From the human T2T-CHM13v2.0 reference genome, Homo sapiens, in the NCBI RefSeq assembly GCF_009914755.1, contig NC_060925.1: DNA of 64,000 nucleotides; one strand, 5' to 3'. Shown here in pieces: positions 1 through 11,190 of this stretch. How positions within the stretch are numbered: position 1 is the first letter of the stretch; the number at the start of each line of letters is the position of its first letter. Both the position numbers and the translations under genes were made by a program. The notes beneath the pieces are model-generated. The model ran no database searches and was not told the DNA's origin. It saw nothing but the letters and a program-made list of their open reading frames with translations.

Positions 1-165
1 TGCTGGTCAGTTGTGTCTAAACCACAAAGGGAGAGAGTATAAGGAGAGGTGTCTGAGCTTCCAAGTACTGGCCAGGAACTCAGTATTTAAGACTTCTCTG
101 GGGTCTCCTTGGCAAAGAAGCCATCTGTCCAGCTAGTTGGGTGGCTTCAGATTTTAATTTTAGTT
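1..165 (-). mobile_element. ERV1 (MER4-group) LTR fragment
   Basis: The reverse complement resembles the MER4-type LTR 5' end. A related segment lies at ~24330-24500. Family assigned from memory. Confidence 0.5.
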
Positions 166-788
166 CTGAAAGCATTTAATTTGATGAAATTTTGCCATAT
201 TTTTTCTTTATTTTTAAAGCCCGTCATGTTCTATAAAAATCTTTCTACTCAGGATGTGAATGGATTCTCTTAATTTTATCTCTCTATGAGTTCCAGAGTT
301 TCAGTTTTAATTTTTAAATTGATGACATCTAAAATTCTACTCCTAACCAAAACATTTTTGGGGGTGACTAAGGACAACTCCAAAAATCTTCCATAAATGG
401 AAGTAAGACTTACTCCTTAAAGAACTTTCTGGGATCCTGAGCTGCAGGGCACAGTGGCTTTAGTGCACCTCTGCTCTTAAGACTATTCAGAAATTGTCTT
501 TGTGAACCCATCAGGCTGTTTCAAAATCAGCAATTTAGGGCTTGCTTGCAACACGCAGTTAAGCAGCAGCTGTTTTTTGGATCTCATGAGTGCCTGCATG
601 CATACTTCCCTGGGAATTTTCTAAATTTGAATTCTCATGGTATTTCAAGTGGCATAGTTGTCTCTTTCTTTTGCCTACAGCCACATACATACCACCAAAT
701 CCTGCACTCCAAGCTTCTCCTTCCTCACCCTGAACTCCCAACCTCCAGTTAGACAATCCACATCTTCCCACACCTGCCTCAGGCTCCA

Positions 789-1297
789 TCAGGCCACTGT
801 GCCTCCCGCAGCAACCAGGCCAGGGGGAATCTGGATTCCTATTACACTTCTGAGGAAGGTGATCAGGGGGCGTGGAGGATGTGGGTGGGAAGGGGTGAGA
901 TTGAGGGCAGGAGTACACTGTGGTCTTCTGTCTTCTACCTCATTGGCCCAGGTGCTGCTCTTCCTCCGGTTGTCTGCTTTCAGCCCTGTGTAGGGAATCA
1001 GGTCTGCGCCCTCATCTTCCTGACTCTCATTTTCTGAGGAACCTGAATGGATGAGCCGTCGCTCTTGTCCCACACATTCTGTCCAAAGGTGCCCTCCTCT
1101 CTACTTGCTCCGGTGCCTGCTCTCTGAGCTCTGACACTCAGGCTGGGATGCCGCCCAGTACAGAAGCTCTGCAGCCCTGCAGGGCTCTGACTGTTCCACA
1201 CCAGCAGGATAAAGGCCACAGGGCATGCTGTGGTCGAAAAGCATTCAGAGGTGTGGGCTGAAGGCCTCTCTTTCCACAGTCCCTTTGAACACCCCAT
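789..1297 (-). pseudogene. FAM231-family ORF, frameshifted copy
   Basis: ATG at 1297 gives MGCSKGLWKERPSAHTSECFSTTACPVAFILLVWNSQ...EEGTF. The reading continues in another frame as ...GQERRLIHSGSSENESQED...VIGIQIPPGLVAAGGTVA* (stop 789-791). This matches the recalled FAM231 putative protein. The span is 509 nt, one base short of an intact frame, with the break near the A3 run at 1085-1087. Confidence 0.75.
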
Positions 1298-1879
1298 GGA
1301 AGTCAGCACCCCTTTGAGGAACGAGGTGGCCCAAGGCCTGGCTTCACATGCAGGCCGTTGGGTCCCAGTGGGTCCTCTCTGTGCCTGGTATAGCCAACGG
1401 CTTCATGCATCTTACCCGGTTTCCTCTCCTCCACCACCCAAGCTCCTCCTTGACCCCCTTGCTCAGCTGTTCTCAGGACAGCAAGATCCCCAGCCCTTGG
1501 AAAAGCCCATCTCCAGTGCTTGGGGAGGGAGTTGGGTTCAGGTCGTCTAACCACAGAAGGACAGAGAACTTGAGGCAGGAGGAAATCCCTTCCCTTGCTG
1601 GGTCTCTTGGCACAGCCCATCCAGGGGTCTGGGTCAGGGTCCAGGTATACTCTACCCTCCTATAGGACCTGGATTTTTAGGCCCCCGAGGTTGGTCAACG
1701 TGGAGTCTTTCCCACTGTTCACCTGGGAACTGAAGGAATATCCCATGGGGCCCTCTCTTACTCATTAGAGACACCCAGAAAATACTCCATTCAGCAGAAA
1801 CTGCGTGCAGTGTACCAGACCACTATAATTATAACTGCAGGGTGTGGAGGTCAGACACGTTTTGTGGCTATTTTCTCTC

Positions 1880-2380
1880 TGTCTGTGACTTGCTTGCCTT
1901 TTCACTTTCTTAGTGGTATCTTTTGATGAGAAGGTGTGGCTAATGTTGATGAAGTCTCATTTATCATGTCTTTCTTATATATGTATTTTTTGTGTCCTGC
2001 TTGTTGGTAGGGTGATCTTTGCCTACCAACAAGTCACAAACTATCCTTGAAATGCTTTATATCTTTAACTTTTACGTTTTGGTGTGTAATGTACCTGAAA
2101 TTACTTTTGTGTGTAGTGTGAGGGAGAATAACATTGTTGGTCTCCCCACATTCATATAAAAGTCCATTAATTGAAATGATTTATTTTCTTTTATTGAACT
2201 GCTTTTATTGAAAACCCATTTATTGACCGTATAGCTGTGGATCAGTTTCAAGTCTCTTAACTCAGTCTGTTTATCTATTTGTCACTCCTGATGCCTCGTC
2301 TGTAATAGCTTATAGTAAACCTTAAAGTCAGATAGTACAAGTCCTTGTTCTTTTTTACACATTGCAATAATTTTTGAAAT
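1880..2380 (-). mobile_element. Old L1 (L1M) fragment
   Basis: T-rich degenerate sequence typical of antisense L1 ORF2/3' region, e.g. tatagtaaaccttaaagtcagatagt. Confidence 0.5.
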
Positions 2381-2439
2381 AGGTAATAACTCATAAAACC
2401 ATCACACACATCAGGATATGCTGTCACTTCATCCCTTTC

Positions 2440-2791
2440 TGACATGGTTTGGCCGTGCCCTCACCCAAATCTCAACTTGAATTGTATCTCCCAGAATTCC
2501 CATGTGTTGTGGGAGGGACCTAGGAGGAGGTAATTGAATCATGGGGGCGGGTCTTTCCTGTGCTATTCTCCTGATAGTGAATAAGTCTCACTATCTGCTG
2601 GGTTTCTCAGGGGTTTCTGCTTTGGCTTCTTCCTCATTTTCTCTTGCTGCTGCCTTGTAAGAAGTGCCTTTTGCCTCCCGCCATGATTCTGAGGCCTCCC
2701 CAGTCATATGGAAATGTAAGTCCAATTAAACCTCTTTTTCGTCCCGGACTATGTTATGTATTTGTCAGCAGCGTGAAAACGGACTAATACA
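2440..2791 (+). mobile_element. THE1 (MaLR) solo LTR
   Basis: Begins TGACATGGTTTGG...CACCCAAATCTC and ends AAACGGACTAATACA, ~350 bp, with a near-TSD ctttc/ctctc. Confidence 0.85.
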
Positions 2792-2971
2792 CTCTCATTT
2801 CTGAGTGGGACACATGCTGTCACTCACATATGCTGGTTGCTGACTTGTGACGGAAGATTCTCTATTGTACCCTCTGGGGACAATACATCTCCAGTTGCCT
2901 GCGGGGAGGATGAACATGCAAAAAATCCACAACACTCAGCACAGAGTCTGGATTTAGTCCCATTAGTCTGA

Positions 2972-3214
2972 ATGGGACTAATGCCCTTATAAAAGGGACC
3001 TCGGGGAGCTCTCTCGCCCTCTTTCTGCCCCCTGAGGATACAATGAGGAGGTGGCAGTCTACAACCAGAACAAAAGGCCCTCACCATAAACCTACCATGT
3101 CGGCACCTTGATCTCGGACTTCCAACCTCCGGAACTGTGAGAAATCAATTTCTGTTGTGAATCAGCCACCCAGTTTATGTATGGTACAGTGTTAGAGAAG
3201 CCCGAACTAAGACA
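2972..3214 (+). mobile_element. MLT1A/MST-type MaLR LTR, 3' part
   Basis: gcccttataaaaggg...ggcaccttgatctcggacttccaacctccggaactgtgagaaat...aactaagaca. Confidence 0.75.
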
Positions 3215-5011
3215 CAGATGGAATCCCATGGAGAGTCTCTAATTTGCTAAGCTGGTCATCAGGCAGGATGTTGCCAGTTAGAAACAGGAAAAGCTGACAT
3301 TTTGTGTATATGAAAGAAGATAGTGGACAGGCCCATTGTGTCGGCTTTGTCTGCCTTGGCAAACTGGAGACGGAAACTCGATTCACCATCGCCAGCCACG
3401 GGAGGACTGGGAGGACCTCCAGAGGAGGTTAGGTTGACTTCATGGTAACTTTAGATCCTGAAACCTCCCAGGATATTTCTTGTCTTCCCTTTGATCGCTC
3501 TTCCGCCTACCCAACAGGACAGGACTCGACGCCTTTCTTTCCTGGCAGCAAGAGGTCCGTTGCGGACAAGACCAAAGTGAGCAGCTGGTTTCCCCTACGT
3601 GTCCTTCCGGGCCTGGGCGTCTCTGGAGCTCAGGCTGACCCGAGACCTGACTCCCGGCCAGTGGGACCAGCAGGAGCCTGGAAGAGCGCGCCCACCGGGG
3701 TGGAGGTTGGTCGCCGGGGGTCGAGAACCGCAGTCAAACCCTCTTCTTCCCCGGGCACCGCGCACCTGCCCCCGGGGATGCCGAAGGAAGTGGCCCATAA
3801 AGCTTCTCTGCAACCGAAAGAGGCCTGAAGCTCCAGGAGGGCCGAGAGGAGCCTCGTTGAGCGAACCCAGCCCTCTGCCTGGCTGGCCCTGGTCAACAGG
3901 CTCGGAAGAGGCTGATTTGGAGGACAGAACGGAAGAAAAGACCTAAAGGTTTCGAATCTCATGATGTAGAGATGTTAAAAGCCTCCAATCCTAAGGTCTG
4001 ACTGTGCGGGGGAGCGAGGGGGTCTCAAGCTGGATGGACCCCTGAGCCTTCATCTGGAGAGTCCTCTGCACAAGCTCAGACAGCAGGACAACGCGCATCA
4101 GTGGTTCTCAAGAGGGGGCAACTTCGCCCTTACACGCCTCTCACCTCCACGCTGGGACACTAGGTCACGAATGGGGGAAGCGGGGAGGGAGAATGCTAAC
4201 CCCCTGGCATGTATCTAGTCAGCAGAGGCGACGGCTGCTGCTAAACACCTTACAATCCACGGGAGGGCCCCTCCCCTACCCCGAAGTAGCCATTCCGCAG
4301 AGGTGGAGAGACTCTCGTGTAGCTCAATGCCCACGCACTTAGCCGATGGGAAATTACGAATTGATGACCAGTTGGCTCTTGGATCTGAGGAAAAAACTCC
4401 AGAGTCAGAGGGAACTCTCGAAGTTTTGCCCGGAGCAAACGGAAGGGTGGCGTTGCCATCGCCTAAGATGGGAAAATGGCAGGTGTCACAGGTTGCAGGG
4501 GAAGGTCGGAGACCAGCTGAGGGCCCCGGAGCCTTCCTGGAAAGAGTTTCCCATCCAGCCCGTCTCGGTTTCCGCATCCGTCTGATTCCTTATGATGTTG
4601 AGGGTGCTGGCGTCTGGGTCCTTTATGATGCTGAGGGTGCCCCCGTCTCACCCTGGGCGCCTCCGCGCTCCCGCCTCCTCCTGGCAACCTGGTGCGCGGC
4701 TCCGGACCTGGCGACCCACGACCGGCTGGTCACTTGCTGCCACCTCGCAAAGGCGCATCTCTAGTTCAGTGGTGAGCTGCGGCCGGGTCGCTGCAACTCG
4801 CTCCAGGCCTCCGGACTCGTGGCCTCGGTGTCCCTCGCGGAGCCCTCGGTGTGTCGCTTGCAGGCTCTTTTTTTGAAGAAAGCAGGGAGGGAATGGCCTT
4901 GTGAGAGACTCCAGGAGCAAAGAGCGACCCTCACAAGGCCCAAGTCCTCCCAGAGCTCAGGGAAGCTGTCGCTTCTGACAGAAGAAGGGAGAGAAAGCTC
5001 CCTCCTGTGTG

Positions 5012-5083
5012 TCCCTGGTGGTCTAGTGGCTAGGATTCGGCGCTTTCACCGCCGCGCCCCGGGTTCGATTCCCGGCCAGGGAA
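5012..5083 (+). tRNA. TRE-TTC3-1: tRNA-Glu(TTC)
   Basis: TCCCTGGTGGTCTAGTGGCTAGGATTCGGCGCTTTCACCGCCGCGCCCCGGGTTCGATTCCCGGCCAGGGAA. Cloverleaf intact, anticodon TTC at 5045-5047, A and B boxes present, TTGTTTT terminator at 5084-5090. Symbol from recalled position. Confidence 0.93.
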
Positions 5084-6135
5084 TTGTTTTACACTGGCCG
5101 CCCTCCCGCAGGAATCTTCCTTCACTACGCTGTCAGCCGGCCTGCTCCAAGGGCCAGAAGCAGAACAGTCTCCGCAGCGGGGTTAAAGCCGGGCGAAGGA
5201 GGGCAAGTGCTGGTGGACCACCTCTCACGACACACCGTTCCTGTTTATCTCAGTGTCCGTCATCCGCGGGAGCAGCTTTAGAGAGCGACTGAGCGTCTCG
5301 CTCCGTGTACACAGCCCGGCAAAGATGCCAGCCCCCGTGGAGCTGCACCCAATAAGCCCACCTTCTTTCCCGTCGCCACCCCGGAGACGCCCATCGGGCT
5401 GAGCTGCGAATAACTAAGAGAGAGGCCAAGCCAAGTCGTGGCGTTTGTGGCAGCCCCGGACACGGGCACCAGCCAGTCAGCGGAGCCTCCTCACCTCCGT
5501 TGCCAGCGAAGGCGCTCGTTAGGCCTTGGGAAGAGGCGACCGGAGGCGATGCCCGCGAATTTGTTAGGGGGGTAAGCGGCGGGTGAGGTCCTCGAGGGCG
5601 GTCCCGTTTGCTGATTGAGCGGTAGACGGAGGCGATGTTCGCTGACCCAACAAGGACAGCAGGTGGAGTAGGCACAGATGGAAAACTGCTGCCGGTGCCC
5701 TAAGCAGAAGGCAGGTGGAAAAATCAGCACTAGGATGTCGAAGCGATGGTACCACAGTCAAATCCCACGACGTCTACACTCTACCAAGCACTTGCGCACG
5801 CTCCCCCTTTTCCATTCAGTACTCCCAAGAGGGGTTCGGAAGAACCCCGAGTCCACTGTAAGCTCAGGGGAGAGCGGGAGCCAGGGAGGTGAAGTGCGCA
5901 GACTCGGCAGAGGCGGCGGGCAGAACCGCGGGGGGGTGAGAGGGCGCGGTGGCTGCGGGGCGGGAGCCGCTGCTGAGAGGCGGCCTGGGTTGTCTTGTGG
6001 GGTGACTGTCGGTGGAATCTTTGGTGGAGAGTGGTTTGGAAGAATGGCGAGGGGCGGCAGTGGGGAGGGTGGTGACCCTGAGCGACCGGCCAGGGCGAGG
6101 AGGCTGTGCTGTCCCTGCAGGCCATGTGCTCATTT

Positions 6136-6284
6136 CCACTTACCTGGCAGGGGAGAGACCGTGGTCACGAAGGGGGTTCTCCCAGAGTGAAGCTTCTTCA
6201 TCTCACTCTAGAGTTGCTGATCCCTGTGATTTCCTCCATGTGGGAAACGGTGTTTGTGCTAGAAGAGGCTGCGCTCTTTACCTG
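6136..6284 (+). pseudogene. Variant/pseudogene U1 snRNA, genomic-duplication type (probably the RNU1-5P locus)
   Basis: ACTTACCTGGCAGGGGAGAGACCGTGGTCACGAAGGGGGTTCTCCCAG...ATGTGGGAAAC...TTTGTG...CCTG aligns to U1 with substitutions and internal deletions. PSE-like TGACCCTGAGCG at 6073 and 3' box-like GTTCAAGACTGAC at 6295-6307. No poly(A) tail or TSD. Confidence 0.88.
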
Positions 6285-6891
6285 ACATAACGGGGTTCAA
6301 GACTGACAACGCCTCACGCCCACCCGAAAACGTTTACATGGCTTCCTTGTCTCTTTTTTTTTCTGTCCTAAAGTCGCCTCATCTTCACATCCCCTCTTTT
6401 TTTTCTTCCACACTCGAGAGTGTCTCTCTCTCTCAGTAAAAGCTCCACCAAATATTTGAAATATCTCAACCAGAAAGACTGCAATAAATACATTATTTCA
6501 TTCGTGGAAGGTATAGACCAGCTAGATTGAGAGTTGCTTGATATTTTCTGCTAAACGGTGAGGCATAGAGCACTTGGAAGGTTTCTCTTTGGGCCACTGT
6601 TTGTGTACTCTTGGGTTTCCTTCTTTTCCCCAGACAGTATGGCGCTGTGGGGCCAGGGGTAAACCCTGCTTTCCGGCTTTCTGGCTGCAGATAAAGGCCT
6701 CAGCTGGTGCAGGAATCAAAAGCAAACCAAAAGACACGTGGGTTCGCCCCAGTGGGTCCAAGATAGAGTCTGACTGTACCAGGATTCCGATTAGAACAGA
6801 GGTTGCTGCAGGCACAACGCAGACTACTAACCACTAGAGAATCCCAAGGCGCCCCACACCTACTGCCCGTCGTTTTGCTTCCCCACCCCTC

Positions 6892-7205
6892 TATTATTTA
6901 TTTGTATATTTTTTTGAGAGACAGAATTTCGCTTTGTCGCCCAGGCTGGAGGGCAGCGGCACGATCTCGGCTCACTGCTACCTCCGCCTCTTAGGTTCAA
7001 GCGATTCTCCTGCCTCAGCCTCCTAAGTAGCTGAGACTACAAACGTGCACCACCACGCCCAGCTAATTTTTGTATTTGTGGTAGAGACGAGCTTTCACCA
7101 TGTTGGCCCGGCTGGTCTCGAACTCCTGACTTCAAGTGAGTGATCCACCCACCTCGGCCTCCCAAAGTGCTGGGATTACAGGCGTGAGCCACCGCCCCTG
7201 GTCCC
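6892..7205 (-). mobile_element. Alu (AluS)
   Basis: Full-length antisense Alu consensus. Confidence 0.9.
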
Positions 7206-7890
7206 CCGATTTTTTTTATTAATGCAAAAACATTATGCGATTTTTACTTCTTTATTCTTGGGCAGCTACAGGTTCTTGTGATTTTCTCTCACATCTTCTC
7301 CCCATTTCCCCCTCTCCATTCTGATACATGTCCCATCTTCTCTGCATCCAGCCGGTGCCCTCTGCACGGGCATCCTGGGCTGTCCCATTGTCTAGTCCTG
7401 GTCTCCCCTGCTTCTCCCTCCTCCTTGTCACGTTTTCCCTTTTGACTCCCCTGCCTCTTTCCCGCTCCCGCCCCACCGACCCCATCTACTGAAGCCGAGT
7501 TGAGTGAAGGGAGAGCAAGCGGAACAGATGATTGCCTGAAGGCGGCGCAAAAGAACAGAAAGAGCTACCATGAGAGCCGTCGGGGAGTTCAGCTTCCCTT
7601 GGGCCCTACTTGGCTCAGGCTGGGGTCGCAGATCCAGGCATTTCCAGAGGCACTGGCTTCTGAAGCAGGCGAGGGTGAACGCAGGGTGAAGGCCATTCGG
7701 CCGCCCTTCTGGCTTCAGAGTCACGCAATGCACGCGTTTCTAACGTGCAGCAAGACGATTAGTCGACTCAGCCTCTCCGGTTTTCTGAAGCTTTGTAGTC
7801 TGCACAGTTGTCCCGCAGAAAGCGAATGGCAACTCCTAGGGTTTAGTGATTGCTTAATCTATATAGAGATGAAAGCAAGCGATTGAGGTT

Positions 7891-7964
7891 GTCTCTGTGG
7901 TGCAATCGGTTAGCGCGTTCGGCTGTTAACCATAAGGTTGGTGGTTAGAGACCACCCAGGGACG
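7891..7964 (+). pseudogene. tRNA-Asn(GTT), damaged copy
   Basis: GTCTCTGTGGTGCAATCGGTTAGCGCGTTCGGCTGTTAACCATAAGGTTGGTGGTTAGAGACCACCCAGGGACG. The anticodon stem is broken (CCATA instead of CCGAA) and the T-loop/B-box TTCGAGC is changed to TTAGAGA. Confidence 0.85.
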
Positions 7965-7984
7965 TGATTTTAAATGTTGGTTGT

Positions 7985-9219
7985 GACCAGGCGCAGTGCC
8001 TCACGTCTATTAATCCCAACGCTTTGATAGGCTGAAGTAGGGGAAGCCTCCACGGAGCTCAGAAGTTCAAGACCAGTGAGAATCCCACCTCATTTAAAAA
8101 AAAAAAAATGCAGTTGTATCTATCTCCTCAGACCCTTCAATGTATTTAAAAGTGAAAGACTGTTCCCTTGTGTCTTGTGCATCCCATGAGGACAGACAGC
8201 AGAAGGTCCCCCTCCAAGCCTCCTAGAAAATGAGATCTCTGCAGAACAAACTAGCTTGTATGTACGGGAAACGGAAAGTATTTGAAGAAACAAACTTCAA
8301 AAATTCTGCCTTGCTTTCCACAAAAATTAACCCATCACAGTCTGCCTTCAAGTGGCATCATACCTCTTCCCATGACTCCTCCCCCTGCCTTTATGCTATT
8401 GTCATGCATTTTACTTTACACCTGTTATAAACCTTACAATCCATCTCTATTACTTTTGTTTCAAGAGTCAGATGTGTTTTTGTTTGTTTGTTTATTTTTG
8501 TTTTTTTGTTGCTGGTGGTGGTGTTTTTAAGACGAGTCTCACTCTATCGGACAGGCTGGAGTGCAGTGGCACAGTCTTGGCTCACTGCAACCTCTGCTTT
8601 CCGGGTTCAAGCGATTCTCCTGACTCAGACTCCTGAGTAGCAGAGACTACAGGCTTGGGCCACCATATCGGACTAATTTCTGAATTTTTAGTAGAGAGGA
8701 AGGTTCACCATATTGGCCAGGATGGTCTCAAACTCCTGACCTCAAGTGATCCACCTTCCTTGAATCCCAAAGTGCTGGGATTCCAGGCGTGAGCCATCGT
8801 GCCCGGCTAAACAGTCAGATGTTAAAATTATATATTTGCCTATGTACATGTCATTTCTAGTGTCTTTTTTTTTTCATCCAGATTTTCATCTGGTGTCAGT
8901 TTCCTTCTGCCTGGAGGACTCCTTTAACTTGTCTATTAGGTGTCTTAAACTTGCACTGTCATTCACTGATGCTCTGTTCATTTAAAAAAAAACTTGTTGG
9001 CCGGGTGCGGTGGCTCACGCCTGTAATGCCAGCACTTTGCGAGGCCGAGGTGGTAGATCAGGAGGTCAGGAGATCAAGACCATCCTGGCTAACACGGTGA
9101 AACCCCGTCTCTACTAAAAATACAAAAAAATTAGCTGGCTGTGGTGGCGGGCGCCTGTAGTCCCAGCTACTCAGGAGGCTGAGGCGGGAGAATGGTGTGA
9201 ACCCAGGAGGCGGAGCTTG
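7985..9219. mobile_element. Alu cluster: monomer (+, ~7985-8109), AluS (-, ~8525-8807), 3'-truncated AluY-like (+, 8999-9219)
   Basis: Alu consensus motifs. The last copy stops at ...GGCGGAGCTTG and runs directly into ERV pol sequence. Confidence 0.85.
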
Positions 9220-9220
9220 G

Positions 9221-11190
9221 AACCTGTCAAAAGGCATTCTTAGCCTTAAAAGAAAAGCCAGGGACATCCCTTGCCTCAGGACTCTCGAACTTAGAAAAAC
9301 CTTTCACCCTCTATGTGGATGAATAACAAGGGACAGCTTCAAATGTTCTAATTCAAAGGCTGAGGAATTGCTTTGGACCAGTGGCTTATTTCTCTAAACA
9401 GCTAGACCAGGTGGCAGCTAGGTGACTAGGAAGCTTGAGATCTGTGGCTACCATCACTTTATTGTTAGAAGAAACCAGTAAGTTTACCTTGGGACAAAAA
9501 TTACATGCCATACCACCCCACCCCCACCCCCTGCCACCCCATGAAGTACAGTACAGAGGGTCCTAGAGGCAAAAGTACACCAATGGCTAACAGGGAGCCA
9601 GTTACTTAAATATCAGACCCTTCTGCTTGACACCCCAGATGTTACCCTGAAAGTATCCTGATTTTGAAACCCTGCTACTCTGTTGCTGCACCTCACATCT
9701 CAAGAAACAGATCCCAAACTCATTGACTCCTGTGTGGAAACCACGGAAGAGCTCTACTCTAGAAGGCCCAACCTTGAAGACAAGCTCTTGTCTAACCCAA
9801 ATGTTGAGTGGTTTAGAGATGGAAATAGCTATATTCATGAGGGAGTAAGAAAGGAAGCTTAGCCAACAAGAAGTCATTGAGGTCAAGGGTTTACCTTCTC
9901 AGACTTCTGTTCAAAAAGCAGAATTAGCTGCTCTAATTAGGGCCTTCCAACCATGAAAAGACTTAAGCTGGACACGGTGGCTCACGCCTGTAATCCCAGC
10001 ACTTTGGGAGGCCAAGGTGGGTGGATCACCTGAGGTTGGGAGTTCGAGACCGGCCTAGCCAACATGGCGAAACCCCGTCTCTACTAAAAATACAAAAATT
10101 AGCCGGGTGTGGTGGGGGGCGCCTGTAATCCCAGCTACTTGGGAGGCTGGGGCATGAGAATCCCTGAGTTTGCAGTGAGCTGAGATTGCAGTGAGCTGAG
10201 ATCATGCCACTGCACTCCAGCCTGGGCGACACAGCAAGACTCCGTTTCAAAAAAAGAAGAAGAAAACCAAAACCTCAAGAGTCAATGTGTTGACTGACTC
10301 TAAATGTGGGTTCCTGGTGCTCCATGCTCATGCAGCCATAGGGAAGGAAAGGGGACTATCAAGAGCCAAGGGATCCCCCACACAACTTTACTCAGATCTT
10401 GGAACTTTTAGATGCTGTCCAACTCCCAAAGAAATAACAATTACTCACTGCAGGGGACACCAGAAGGGAGACACTTTTATTATTAGAGGAAATTCCCTGG
10501 TGGAAAGAGCAGCTAAGGCCACAGCTAAGGAAACCCTGGTATTTCAGGCTGCTGCGCTACTACCAGGTACTGCATCCGTGTCAGTGACACCATACTATAC
10601 CCCTAAGGAAATTAAAGGGACTGAGTAAAAGGCTTCCAGGGAGACCCCTCTGGATGGTTGCTAGAAAAGAACAAACTCTATTCCTGAGGCTGACAAATGG
10701 GAAATAATTAAACATTTTCATGATTCCTCACATTTGGGACAGGATTTTCCATTTAAATTAGTTTCCTAAATATTCTTGCGGAAGGGACTGTTCCAAACTA
10801 TAAAAAGGGTTACCACTCAGGAAGCCACCCCATACCCCGATCCCTGCTTAAACCTGTACAACACCAAGGAACATACCATGGTGAAGACTGGCAGACAGAC
10901 TTAAGCCAGATGCCACCTTACAGGGGAGTACAAGATTTGCTAGTATTTATAGACACTTTCACCAGGTGGATAGAAGCTTTCCCCACAAGGACAGGAAAAG
11001 TACTGGAAGTGTCTAAATTCTTAAAGAAATCATTCCAAGATTTGGATTACCAAAAGGTTTGCAAGGTGACAACTGACCTCACTTCACAGCTAAGGTGACC
11101 CAGTGAGGTCATGCCTCAGCCTTAGGCATTACCTATCTTCACTCCTCATGGAGATCTCAGTCTTCAAATAACATAGAAAGCCAATTGCGA
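9221..11190 (+). mobile_element. ERV1 (gammaretrovirus-like) pol remnant: RT connection, RNase H and integrase; interrupted by an Alu at ~9967-10265
   Basis: Translated motifs [63 protein letters not shown] and LLVFIDTFTRWIEAFPTRT, with multiple stops and frameshifts. Confidence 0.88.

Larger units (their letters stand above)
3500..6320. promoter_or_regulatory. CpG island around tRNA-Glu and the U1 pseudogene
   Basis: Visibly high GC and CpG density compared with the flanks. Confidence 0.75.

Noticed and set aside
4345-4430. AT-richer patch with faint tRNA-Gln-like words on the minus strand
   Set aside because: Too few anchors and wrong spacing to support a tRNA relic.
4587-4650. Short direct repeat (tatgatg.tgagggtgc...cgtct) x2
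   Set aside because: Two imperfect ~33-bp copies from local slippage; not an array and not CRISPR-like in this eukaryotic context.
10287-11098. RNase H and integrase ORF fragments as a possible active or domesticated gene
   Set aside because: Multiple stops, frameshifts and an Alu insertion, with no upstream RT core; a fossil ERV.
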